Of a stretch of DNA of 46,162 nt, positions 17,976 through 27,538 are shown in pieces. The stretch is from an uncultured Oligoflexus sp. (lineage in GTDB: Bacteria > Bdellovibrionota_B > Oligoflexia > Oligoflexales > Oligoflexaceae): positions 1 through 46,162 of the forward strand of contig CAXSGP010000033.1 in NCBI GenBank assembly GCA_964236955.1, in the 5' to 3' direction. Numbering within the stretch: the stretch's first letter is position 1; each line of letters opens with the position of its first letter. The notes beneath the pieces were generated by a model. It was not told where the DNA came from. It worked only from the letters and a program-made list of their open reading frames with translations, and ran no database searches. The position numbers were made by a program, and so were the translations under genes.

Positions 17976-18545
17976 TTAAGATTTTTTCTTTTCCACAGCG
18001 GCGGCGAGACGCCCGCGGAGTTCACCAACTTCAAGCAGAAGTTTTTCATGCCGTGCGCTTAGCCCTTCTGTTTCGACAATCCGCTTTGATTGTATTTGAA
18101 TATCGACGTTTGCCGCCTGAAGCGCTGTCCGAAGACTTTTTATCTCATCATCTTTTACGTCGATATTTTCTTTTTGCCCTTTCGTTTCTGCTTCAAGCCG
18201 CTCGACCTCTGCTGCCGCGTCCGCTCGTTCTGCTTCAGCCTCATCGAGGCGGCCTTGCATGGCTTCCCTTAGAGTCTTCAGATCCTCCCCAGCTTTTGTT
18301 GAAGCCTTCGCCCAGATTTGCGCCGCAAGTCCATCGAGCATCCCCCTGATATGCTCTGGCACGGCTACCGCTGCCGAAGCGGGTACGTCGGAGCGTCTAT
18401 CTTTCCATTCTCGAAGAATGGGCTGGATCGTGGTGAAGGATCCGCCGCCGAGCGCTTGACGAACTCGGTCAAGAGTTGGCTTTTGTCCTCTTTCGTTCAT
18501 GTCATCACAGATTTGAAAGATGTTGGCCCGATCAGCGGTCTTCAT
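17976..18545 (-). CDS. KfrA_N-domain DNA-binding coiled-coil protein (KfrA/TnpT-like)
   Basis: GQKPTLDRVRQALGGGSFTTIQPILREWK signature then a long Ala/Glu/Leu coiled coil; ATG 18545 behind GGGGAG (alternative 18560). Confidence 0.85.
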   Translation of the reverse strand: MKTADRANIFQICDDMNERGQKPTLDRVRQALGGGSFTTIQPILREWKDRRSDVPASAAVAVPEHIRGMLDGLAAQIWAKASTKAGEDLKTLREAMQGRLDEAEAERADAAAEVERLEAETKGQKENIDVKDDEIKSLRTALQAANVDIQIQSKRIVETEGLSARHEKLLLEVGELRGRLAAAVEKKKS

Positions 18546-18801
18546 AAGTCGTCTCCCCATTGATTTCTCTTGAGGAAGCCATGGCGGCCAAACCACGTCG
18601 ACCTAACATAGTATATTATCGTATAATTATATCATTATTATATATTAAATATTACAAATTTTTCCGGTCTGCAGGGACAATGCAGCTTTCTTAGCGAAAA
18701 TGTTAAGGGTTTGGCAGATGAAAAGTGGCGGCAGTAGCGAAACCCGACCGCGGATAAGAAATTCATGCCATTCTAACTTATTTATCGCGGTCATTCGATT
18801 A

Positions 18802-18829
18802 ACTTGGAAGAAGCTGCTTTCTTCCAAGT
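18802..18829. repeat. Perfect 11-bp inverted repeat
   Basis: ACTTGGAAGAA-gctgct-TTCTTCCAAGT. Confidence 0.8.
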
Positions 18830-19400
18830 GCGTCGCGCGCTACCTTCATTACAATGCTTACAGCCTTTTTCTACGCGGAGATGACATGGATGCAATCTTA
18901 GCCCCTCGCGAGAAAGTACCTTTGGTCCGATGGGTGGATGAAAAATTCATCTTCGCGTTTTTTTTCCTCAACGCTTGCTCGCCCTTGACTGCTTGGGAGG
19001 ACCGAGCGGTAGCCACTGAATTTTTTAGGCACATAGCCAATGACGTCGGTCACAAGTCTTTGTATTCCTGTGAAAAAGACGACTCAATCTCGCTATGCCG
19101 CCCCCTTCATCCCTGGCCAAGCAGCCTTAGTATGCCAATTTCCATCTTAAGGAATTCTTCTTCCCAAGCTATCGATCAGGCTTCGCCCGCCAAGTACAGG
19201 CGCGGCTTGCGTTTCAGAGGCTCCAGGAAATTGAAATTCGACTTGGTCGGAGTCGCAGGAATCGGTGGGTCGCCTTGACGAGAATCAGTGGTCGGAAATT
19301 GCAGGATTACGCAACCACTCAGCGTTACAATAAGCGATCAAAAGAGCACAATAAAAATTGACTACTAGCCAACCTAGGCTGATTTTTGCGGGAATAACAC

Positions 19401-22253
19401 ATGCGCAAAGTAATAGACTCACTTCGAAGTCAAATCGAGTTGCTTAATCTGAATCCACCTGTTTGGGAGGAACATGAACTGGGATGTCCAAATAAATGGC
19501 CAGTTTCTCTGAAAGCTCTCGTTGGCACAATGCTCTTAGCTCCCACTCCCGCTTATATTTGCTGGGGAGAAAGCAAGAATCTAATCTTCAATAAAGCATA
19601 CCAACCGCTTCTTGGCGATAGGGCGGAGGCCGCTTTTGGGCAGCGATTTGCCGAAGTCTGGCCCGAACTCGGGTCGGAATTTTCGCCACTTTTTAGCGCC
19701 GTTGCTGAAGGTAAAAATTTGGTCTTTCGCGACCACTTTTTTAAACTGGAAAGAAAGGGCTATGAGGAAGATACATATTTTGATTTTTCACTTAGCCCCG
19801 TTTGTGATTCAGAGGGCTATAACATGGGTCTTCAGTGTTTCTGCAACGAAACGACAGATCGATTTATCGCAAATAAAAATGCTGCGGCCGCTGTTGAAGA
19901 GAGGCGAATAGAGAGTGAGCGATCCTTACTTAATCAGGAGTGGCTTGCCGCGACTCTACGCGGTATAGGCGATGCAGTGATAGCAACCGACTCGGCCGCT
20001 ATCCCCAAAATTGTATATCTGAACCCAATAGCCGAAAAATTGACCGGCTGGACCACTGACGATGCCAATGGCGTTTCGGTCTACGAAGTTTTCAACATAG
20101 TTCATGAGACGACGCGCCTACCCGCAAAAGATCCCATCAAGCAGGTATTGAATTCAGGACAGGAGGCAACTTTAGCGAATCACACCGTCCTCATATCGTC
20201 CTCTGGTGAAGAGTACTTTATTGAAGATAGTGCCTCGCCAATCAGACGAGCTGATGGAACTATGCATGGAGTCGTCGTGGTTTTTCGCGACGTAACTGAA
20301 AAACATGCGATTGAAAAACTCGTGGCAAGCACGCAGGCCGACCTAATCGATACACTTGAAAGTATGAGCGACGCATTTTTCACATTAGACAAAGATTGGA
20401 CAATGGTTGGTATAAACAAGCATATGGTGCGCATGCTCGGCAAACCACTTGACGAGATGCTTGGCAAAAATCTAATTACGACATTTTTTAATAGTCAGGA
20501 GTTGCAGGAGATCAAATTCGTCAAGGAGTACCGTAGGGCCTTGCACGAAAATATCGCTATCACATTCGAAGAATTTTATGCGCCATTTAATATCTGGCTT
20601 CGTGTGCGCGCTTATCCTAAGGCTAATGGAGGGCTTGCTGTATTCTTCACCGATATTACTGAAGCCAAAAGATATCAACTACGCCTGATCGAAAGCGAAG
20701 AACACTTTCGCGATTTAGCAAATGCAGCTCCTCAAATAATATGGACTGCAGATGGAGATGGTTCAGTTGATTATGCAAATTCTCGTTGGTACGAATTCAC
20801 TGGATTAAGCCCAGAGCAAACTATGGGGTCAGGATTTACGGCCATCATTCATCCTGACGACCTTGAGCAGACTCTGCGCTCCTATGGGGAAGCCATTGCA
20901 ACTATGAAGCCAATGGAAATACAGCATAGATTTAAAAGCGGGATTGATGGAACCTATCGCTGGTTTATCATAAGGGCTCTTCCCAAATTAGAAATGGGTG
21001 TAGTCAAAAAATGGTACGGCACAATCACTGACATCCATGAGCAGAAATCCCTAACCGAAGAACTCATTAAATCCCGCGACGAAGCTGATCTTGCAAACCA
21101 GACGAAGTCTTCATTTTTAGCCAATATGTCGCACGAGATCCGCACTCCTCTAGGCGCTATAATCGGCTTCGCTGAGCTCCTTAGGGATGCAGACCTGTCG
21201 GAGCACGAGAGGCAAGATTACCTAGACACAGTGATTAGGAATGGCAAAGGGCTCACCAAGATTATCGACGATATTCTCGACTTAGCTAAAGTTGAGATGA
21301 ATAAACTAGACATCGAAAACGTTGAGTTTTCTCTTCTTCAGCTCATAAATGACGTCCTGGATTTATTTCGGGAACGGGTCCGTGCAAAACAGATCTATCT
21401 TCGCACACACTTTGATACGGAGATCCCCTCTCGCATTATTTCAGATCCGACCCGAATAAGGCAGATCCTAATAAATATAATTGGCAATGCTATTAAATTC
21501 ACTGAAGAAGGTGGGGTCACGATTGTGATTACCTCCGCCCTTTTACCTAATGATCGATCCGAAATTAAGTTTAGCGTCGGAGATACGGGGATCGGGATCA
21601 GTGATGAAGAAAAACTTCGCTTATTTCAGCCTTTCGTTCAGGCTGACAACAGCACCACAAGGAAATTTGGAGGTACGGGACTGGGACTCGTCATTTCTAA
21701 GAGGCTTGCCGAAGCAATGGGCGGACGAATTTCTGTCGAAAATCAGGTTCAAGGATCCGGGTCGACGTTTGCAATAACAATCGTCGTCCAGCTAGCGATT
21801 AAAAGGTCACCAAAACCTGCCAGCCCTAACGATAAACCGGGCCCAAACAAGCAAATTCTAGAGGGCTATTCAGTTTTAGTAGCCGATGATTCGCCCGACA
21901 ATCAAATATTAATTCAAAAGATTTTGAAAAAGCACGGTGCATCTTCTACTCTTGCGAGCGATGGACTGGAAGCCTTTCGCACTGCTATTGAGGAGATCTT
22001 CGACTTCATTTTGATGGATATTCAAATGCCTAAAATGGATGGCTACGAAGCTACAAAAGCGTTACGTGAGGCAGGTGTTAAAACTCCAATCATAGCGCTG
22101 ACTGCACATGCGATGGCTGAAGAAAGAGCCAGGTCGGCAGCTGCTGGCTGCAATGGACATCTGACCAAACCGATTAACCAAGCTGAATTAATTGAAACCA
22201 TCATGTCGCTAATAGCAAAGTTTTCTATCAAGGCCCAGAAAGTGAAGGAGTAA
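19401..22253 (+). CDS. Cytoplasmic multi-PAS hybrid sensor histidine kinase / response regulator
   Basis: Four PAS-type blocks, H-box FLANMSHEIRTPL, N/G boxes NIIGNAIKFT, DTGIGI, GGTGLGL, receiver LMDIQMPKMDG; no transmembrane segment seen. Confidence 0.95.
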   Translation: MRKVIDSLRSQIELLNLNPPVWEEHELGCPNKWPVSLKALVGTMLLAPTPAYICWGESKNLIFNKAYQPLLGDRAEAAFGQRFAEVWPELGSEFSPLFSAVAEGKNLVFRDHFFKLERKGYEEDTYFDFSLSPVCDSEGYNMGLQCFCNETTDRFIANKNAAAAVEERRIESERSLLNQEWLAATLRGIGDAVIATDSAAIPKIVYLNPIAEKLTGWTTDDANGVSVYEVFNIVHETTRLPAKDPIKQVLNSGQEATLANHTVLISSSGEEYFIEDSASPIRRADGTMHGVVVVFRDVTEKHAIEKLVASTQADLIDTLESMSDAFFTLDKDWTMVGINKHMVRMLGKPLDEMLGKNLITTFFNSQELQEIKFVKEYRRALHENIAITFEEFYAPFNIWLRVRAYPKANGGLAVFFTDITEAKRYQLRLIESEEHFRDLANAAPQIIWTADGDGSVDYANSRWYEFTGLSPEQTMGSGFTAIIHPDDLEQTLRSYGEAIATMKPMEIQHRFKSGIDGTYRWFIIRALPKLEMGVVKKWYGTITDIHEQKSLTEELIKSRDEADLANQTKSSFLANMSHEIRTPLGAIIGFAELLRDADLSEHERQDYLDTVIRNGKGLTKIIDDILDLAKVEMNKLDIENVEFSLLQLINDVLDLFRERVRAKQIYLRTHFDTEIPSRIISDPTRIRQILINIIGNAIKFTEEGGVTIVITSALLPNDRSEIKFSVGDTGIGISDEEKLRLFQPFVQADNSTTRKFGGTGLGLVISKRLAEAMGGRISVENQVQGSGSTFAITIVVQLAIKRSPKPASPNDKPGPNKQILEGYSVLVADDSPDNQILIQKILKKHGASSTLASDGLEAFRTAIEEIFDFILMDIQMPKMDGYEATKALREAGVKTPIIALTAHAMAEERARSAAAGCNGHLTKPINQAELIETIMSLIAKFSIKAQKVKE

Positions 22254-22373
22254 TGATCTTGCTATTGAGTACGATCACTTTATTTGGCGCTAAGACCCAC
22301 ATTTCTAACCAAATTTCATGTTGGAAAAGTAGAAATCCCCATCGGCATGCATTCTTCATATAAAGTTTCTTGT

Positions 22374-23456
22374 TCATGGCAGAATGGAAAGTCCAAGATC
22401 GTAAACACGAACATCATCGATCAAAGTCCCAAAGCCATCCGCAATACCGATCTCTTCAAAATCGAGGCGAATTCGATCGGTCGTGGCAGATTTAATCAGG
22501 TAATTCCACGTCCACCGCTCGTCAGCAACTTCCTTTTCGAGGAGCAGATCAGCATTCCAGCGCAAGGCAAATTTTTGCAGAAGTGCCTTGGGACCGCTGC
22601 GCCGATAGGCAAAGGCGATAGCATAGGCATGATCCTTGAGAACGGTCAGATCTTGAAAAAATGCGGCATTTCCCCCCAACCTGCTCCGGTCTTCCGCGCA
22701 GACAGTCTCGAGTTCCGCCCATTGCTTACCTTCGAAGGCGGTCAGGTCTACCCCGGTCTTTTGGATTTTCATTATCGGCGAGATATCGAGACAGGCCGTC
22801 TGATCTTTATAGCGGCCGAACCAGTTTTTGAATTCTCCCTGAGGGACCATGAAAACATCAGTATCCAAGGGTATTATGTAGTCTTCAAAACTTGAATTCT
22901 TCACAAGGTTAGTCAAATCAGGACGCCCATCGCCAACCAAGGCCATCTGAATATTTTCGTCGGTATCGGCTAAACCAACGCCAAAAGCGGTGAGCGATGA
23001 GAGTTCGCTCGGGATATTAAAAGTGAAGATGCCGACGCTTTCCCTGCTCAGTTTTACCGGAGTCCTACTCGGGTCCTGCCCGCTGATTATGAAACCAAAG
23101 CTGGGATTCACATCCGAAGGCGTACCATCCTCCTCTTGGAAGGTACATCGCACCTCAGCTGCGGCCTCAGCCGACCGAATACAGGTGAGAGGCGCTCCAC
23201 TGATAGGCACGGGCATAACCGCTGACCCGATGTTTCCTCCTAAGTCCGGAACGGGCGAGGGGTCAGGGGGAACCGGCAAAGGCTCTTGGCCTGCTCCGGG
23301 AATGGCTTCCTTGCCACTGCTGTTTTCTGGATTCTCAAGGCCTTCGGTCTGAGCGTAGTCACGCGTCTTCGCCACCTGGGCTTTGCTTTCGAATTGGGAC
23401 GACGAACAGCTGCCTACGAACAGAACAAGAGTGATAAACCTCAGAAGGTTTCGCAT
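22374..23456 (-). CDS. Putative lipoprotein with C-terminal DUF642/galactose-binding-like domain
   Basis: Signal peptide with lipobox LFVGSC; Pro-rich linker; NLVKNSSFE...FEGKQWAEL...GTLIDDVRV jelly-roll pattern; ATG 23456 behind GGAG. Confidence 0.65.
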   Translation of the reverse strand: MRNLLRFITLVLFVGSCSSSQFESKAQVAKTRDYAQTEGLENPENSSGKEAIPGAGQEPLPVPPDPSPVPDLGGNIGSAVMPVPISGAPLTCIRSAEAAAEVRCTFQEEDGTPSDVNPSFGFIISGQDPSRTPVKLSRESVGIFTFNIPSELSSLTAFGVGLADTDENIQMALVGDGRPDLTNLVKNSSFEDYIIPLDTDVFMVPQGEFKNWFGRYKDQTACLDISPIMKIQKTGVDLTAFEGKQWAELETVCAEDRSRLGGNAAFFQDLTVLKDHAYAIAFAYRRSGPKALLQKFALRWNADLLLEKEVADERWTWNYLIKSATTDRIRLDFEEIGIADGFGTLIDDVRVYDLGLSILP

Positions 23457-23915
23457 AAATTCTCCAGGCAAGCTTAGAACTTTCTTTTCGGAAGAAGCGG
23501 GCTAAGTTCATAAGCGTGTGAGGAGAAGGCCAATCATTACAGGAAGGCACAGGCTGCAATAAAGGGCGGAATAAATTCCTAGCCTTATCCTCAGCTTCCT
23601 TCCTATTCCATCAACTACCTCTGTATTGACGCAGCCATTAAGGCTATACTGCAAATCTTTCTCGTCGCTTAGCTCTTTTTACATAGAAAATGACTATAAA
23701 ATGCTAAGCTCAAGCAGACCTTTTACCGTCTCCTGGATAAAGCTTTAAAGAAGCATTTAAGCTTCGCTCAGGATCTGTTATTTTCGCAGGCAGCGGAACG
23801 CATGATCTCCTCCCATCCCACAATCCACGAATTCGCATGGACACCGCCTCTTTAAGCGGGGTGCTTATGGTTAAGCCCTTAAGGCCAGTTGGGATTCTTG
23901 ACTAAGGAAAACAGC

Positions 23916-26900
23916 GTGGAAGTCACAGCAACTATCGACGCATCGCCCTTTGTACATTTACATCTTCACAGCGAATACTCGCTTCTCGACGGCGCAATCC
24001 GTATCGCCGATCTGGTTAAAAAGGCCAAAAAACTTGGCCATACCGCAGTTGCCCTGACTGATCATGGCAATATGTTCGGAGCGATTGAATTTTATTCGAA
24101 ATGCAAAGACTATGGCCTCAAACCAATAGTCGGCGCGGAAATATACTATGAGGGTGTGACGACGGCGGCGCAGCTCGCGGGCGACGGTTTCCCGGCAACT
24201 CGCCCTGCCGATGCCTTTCATCTCGTCGTCCTTGCGAAATCACTGACGGGTTATTACAGCCTTTGCCGAATCGTCAGTGCACCCTACAGCGATCCCCGCA
24301 CCCCGGTGCCTGTGGTTCGTCATGAGGTGCTTAAAAAAAATGCTGAGGAACTGATAGGCCTTTCCAGTTGCCTACGCGGCGAATTCGCAAGCCTTGTCGA
24401 GCTCATAGCGGTCAGCGCCGGTGATTTTTTGACGAATCTCATGGACCCCGTCGACGAGATTAAACCGCTTGTCGAAGCCTTAAATCGCCACGTGGCTGAG
24501 ATGCTTGCCATCTTTGGGGCGGACAATTATTTTATAGAAATCATCGACAATAATCTTGCCCAGCAGAAGCGCATGATTCCTCTGCTGGTCGCCGCCGCAA
24601 AACATTACGGGCTACCGATCGTGGCGACCGCCGACAGTCACTATCTCAATCCTGACGATCAGGAGGCCCACGCCGTCCTCACCGCGATCAAAAATGATTT
24701 GACGATGAGTGATATCCGGGGTCGCATTCAGACTTCAGAATTTCACATGCTGAACGACGAGGAGTTTCAGGCCCGTTTTAACCCATGGCCGGAAGCGTTG
24801 GCAAATCAGAAGGTCATTGCCGATGCCTGTCATCTTGAATTCAAATTTGGTGAGTATTTCCTCCCGCGCTTCAGTTTGCCCAGTGGTGAGACTGAGCCCG
24901 ACGCTCTCCGACGCCTTTCGAAAGAAGGCTTGGAGGACCGCCTCGTTTACCTTCGAAAGCTCTATGGTAAATCTCATGATACGGAAAAAGAAGCCGATTA
25001 CTGGCGCCGGCTCGAATATGAAGTCGAAGTCATTATCTCCATGGGGTTCCCGGGATACTTTCTGATCGTCCAGGACTTCATCAACTGGGCCAAGGACAAC
25101 GATATCCCCGTGGGTCCCGGCCGGGGTTCAGGCGCAGGGTCCGTCGTGGCCTACGCGCTTAAGATCACCGACATCGATCCCTTACGCTTCAATCTGATTT
25201 TTGAACGTTTTCTAAATCCCGAACGTATCTCCATGCCCGATTTTGACGTCGACTTTTGCCAGGAGAAAAGGGATCAGGTCATTCGCTATGTGACCGACAA
25301 ATACAGCCCGGAAAACGTGGCCCAGATTACCACGTTCGGGAAGATGAAGGCCAAGGCCGCCCTTCGTGACGTCGGTCGGGTCTTGCAAATCGGCTATACC
25401 AAGGTCGATCGCATTGCCAAGCTGATCCCGAACGAGCTCGACATCAGACTTCAGGATGCCCTCGACAAAGAGCCACGGATACTTGAGGAAGCCCGCAAGG
25501 ACGACAATATTCAAAAGATGCTTGATCTGGCCTTAAAGATCGAAGGCATGAGCCGTCACACCTCGGTTCACGCTGCTGGTGTTGTCATCGCGGAAGGCGG
25601 CATGCATAATCTCGTGCCCACCTACAAAGACGAGAGCGGCCAGCTCATCACGCAATATGAAATGAAAAACGCCGAGAAAGTGGGCCTGGTTAAATTTGAC
25701 TTTTTGGGTTTAAAGACCCTCACCGTGATCGACAAAGCAGCCAAGCTCATTCGGGCCAGCAAGGACAAGTCCTTTGACATCACCATGATCGATCTCGAAA
25801 GGCGCGAGGTCTACGACATTTTGCAGGCGGCGCAATCGGTGGGCATCTTTCAGCTCGAAGGTTCGGGGATGCAATCCCTGCTCAAAAAGCTCAAGCCCAG
25901 CCGCTTCGAAGATATCATCGCGGTCGTCGCGCTCTTTCGCCCTGGGCCCTTGGGTTCAGGCATGGTGGACGACTTTATTGAACGTAAGCACGGCCGTCAG
26001 GACATTGTTTATGAACATCCCTCGCTGGCTGATATTCTAGCCGATACCTACGGGATTATTCTTTATCAGGAACAGGTGCAGAAAATAGCGGCGACCCTTG
26101 CCAACTACTCGCTTGGTGAAGCGGATCTGTTGCGGCGGGCAATGGGTAAGAAAAAGCCCGAAGAGATGGCCAAGCAGAAATCCCGTTTTATCTCGGGTTC
26201 AAAAGACAACAACGTCGACGACAAGGTTGCCGATGATCTGTTTGAACTCATGGCAAAATTTGCGGCCTACGGTTTTAACAAAAGTCACTCGGCAGCCTAC
26301 GGTCTGGTCAGCTATCAGACGGCCTACCTGAAAACATTTTTTACCGAGCAGTTCATGGCTGCAATCATGACCTGCGATTTGGATAACACAGAGAAGCTGG
26401 TCCGTTATACCGAAGAATGCCGGCGTCTGCGCTTTAAAATATATCCGCCCAATATCAATCGCAGCTTTCTGCAATTCGATGTGCCAAAGGCCAAATCCAT
26501 AGGTTACGGTCTTGCCGCCATCAAAGGCATCGGCGGAACTTCGATTGAAGCTATGATCGCCGATCGCGAGAAGAATGGACCCTTTAAATCCCTCACCGAA
26601 TTTGCCAAGCGCATCGACCTGCATAAGGTTGGCAAGAAGACTTTGGAACTTCTGATTCAGGCCGGAGCTCTGGACGGCTTCAAACTTAATCGCGCCGTGC
26701 TCACTCAGATCCTGCCTGAAATGGTCAAGTTCAGTGAAAGCCATCATAGCGCCAAGAACCAGGGTCAACGCCTGCTCTTCGACGATTTTGCGGAAGAGGG
26801 CGATACAACCGAGATCGCTGATTGGGAAAAAGACGCCGGCAAACTTGTCGTGCATTACGCGCGTATCGATTGGTTACTGAAAGAAAGAAAGCTACTTGGC

Positions 26901-27512
26901 GTCTTTCTTACGGGTCATCCGACCGAAATCTATCCGCTTGATGCGAAACGCTTTGCTCAATTGAAACTTCAGGATATAGCTAAAAATATAGGCAAAAAAG
27001 GCCTTTTCTGCATGGCATTCCTCGGCGACCATCGCGAGCGGCTGACCAAGACCGGCAAACGTATGACTTACTTTAGTCTCGAAGACGAGACAGGAACTTA
27101 TGAGGCGGTAGGCTTTGAGAATGATATCCCGGCCGAAAAGCCCGCACCCGGCTCCATGGTCGTGGCCCAGCTGTCGGTCCAGCAAAGCTTTGATGGGCAA
27201 GGTATCAACGTTCGCGTCGAGACTATTCAAAGTCTCGAACAGGCTCGTAAGGGCGTTGTAAAAAAGGCGGTTCTCCAGATTAAAAGCACCACGGCCCCCG
27301 ATAGCGTGACCCTCGAAAAACAAAAAAAACTGCTGCGTAAACTTTCGGAAATGATCAAAGCGAACCCGGGAACTACGATCGTTTCGCTGGAATTGGCTTT
27401 TGAGAAGGCCCAGGTAAGGATCAAGCCAAAACCGGGAGGTCTCGATCTTTCGGATCCCGTGTGCCAGAGTCTTTTTGCTCTGCATGCCGAAGGACTCTCG
27501 TTGCAATACTAA
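23916..27512 (+). CDS. dnaE: DNA polymerase III alpha subunit (single unsplit ORF)
   Basis: PHP HLHLHSEYSLLDG, TDHGNMFG, GPGRGSGAGS, ERFLNPERISMPDFDVDF, KFDFLGL, YGFNKSH; GTG 23916 behind AAGGA. Confidence 0.98.
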   Translation: MEVTATIDASPFVHLHLHSEYSLLDGAIRIADLVKKAKKLGHTAVALTDHGNMFGAIEFYSKCKDYGLKPIVGAEIYYEGVTTAAQLAGDGFPATRPADAFHLVVLAKSLTGYYSLCRIVSAPYSDPRTPVPVVRHEVLKKNAEELIGLSSCLRGEFASLVELIAVSAGDFLTNLMDPVDEIKPLVEALNRHVAEMLAIFGADNYFIEIIDNNLAQQKRMIPLLVAAAKHYGLPIVATADSHYLNPDDQEAHAVLTAIKNDLTMSDIRGRIQTSEFHMLNDEEFQARFNPWPEALANQKVIADACHLEFKFGEYFLPRFSLPSGETEPDALRRLSKEGLEDRLVYLRKLYGKSHDTEKEADYWRRLEYEVEVIISMGFPGYFLIVQDFINWAKDNDIPVGPGRGSGAGSVVAYALKITDIDPLRFNLIFERFLNPERISMPDFDVDFCQEKRDQVIRYVTDKYSPENVAQITTFGKMKAKAALRDVGRVLQIGYTKVDRIAKLIPNELDIRLQDALDKEPRILEEARKDDNIQKMLDLALKIEGMSRHTSVHAAGVVIAEGGMHNLVPTYKDESGQLITQYEMKNAEKVGLVKFDFLGLKTLTVIDKAAKLIRASKDKSFDITMIDLERREVYDILQAAQSVGIFQLEGSGMQSLLKKLKPSRFEDIIAVVALFRPGPLGSGMVDDFIERKHGRQDIVYEHPSLADILADTYGIILYQEQVQKIAATLANYSLGEADLLRRAMGKKKPEEMAKQKSRFISGSKDNNVDDKVADDLFELMAKFAAYGFNKSHSAAYGLVSYQTAYLKTFFTEQFMAAIMTCDLDNTEKLVRYTEECRRLRFKIYPPNINRSFLQFDVPKAKSIGYGLAAIKGIGGTSIEAMIADREKNGPFKSLTEFAKRIDLHKVGKKTLELLIQAGALDGFKLNRAVLTQILPEMVKFSESHHSAKNQGQRLLFDDFAEEGDTTEIADWEKDAGKLVVHYARIDWLLKERKLLGVFLTGHPTEIYPLDAKRFAQLKLQDIAKNIGKKGLFCMAFLGDHRERLTKTGKRMTYFSLEDETGTYEAVGFENDIPAEKPAPGSMVVAQLSVQQSFDGQGINVRVETIQSLEQARKGVVKKAVLQIKSTTAPDSVTLEKQKKLLRKLSEMIKANPGTTIVSLELAFEKAQVRIKPKPGGLDLSDPVCQSLFALHAEGLSLQY

Positions 27513-27538
27513 GAATAAAGGCGGGAGGCTTCGGTTCA

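Noticed and set aside
17831..18349. 172-aa plus-strand ORF and the overlapping 76-aa minus ORF (17819-18049)
   Set aside because: Both overlap the well-supported KfrA_N gene and have no motifs
18700..19278. 192-aa plus-strand ORF divergent from the KfrA_N gene, as a candidate recombinase
   Set aside because: No tyrosine- or serine-recombinase motif, unnatural composition, no clear RBS
19230..19333. Startless frame ...RLDENQWSEIAGLRNH, faintly like a HEPN/DUF86 or IS5 N-terminal fragment
   Set aside because: Too short and ambiguous to call a pseudogene without a translated search
22284..22895. 203-aa plus-strand ORF after the kinase, as a possible response regulator
   Set aside because: No receiver motifs; antisense to the lipoprotein gene
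23626..23650. TTGACG...TATACT as a dnaE promoter
   Set aside because: Spacer is only 13 nt
17683..23915. A second GAGTGGGA (attR) delimiting a guaA island
   Set aside because: No exact copy seen by eye; near matches such as CAGTTGGGA at 23886 are expected by chance
23916..27512. Intein or split in dnaE
   Set aside because: Continuous ORF of normal length with no intein motifs; used only as evidence against a typical cyanobacterial host
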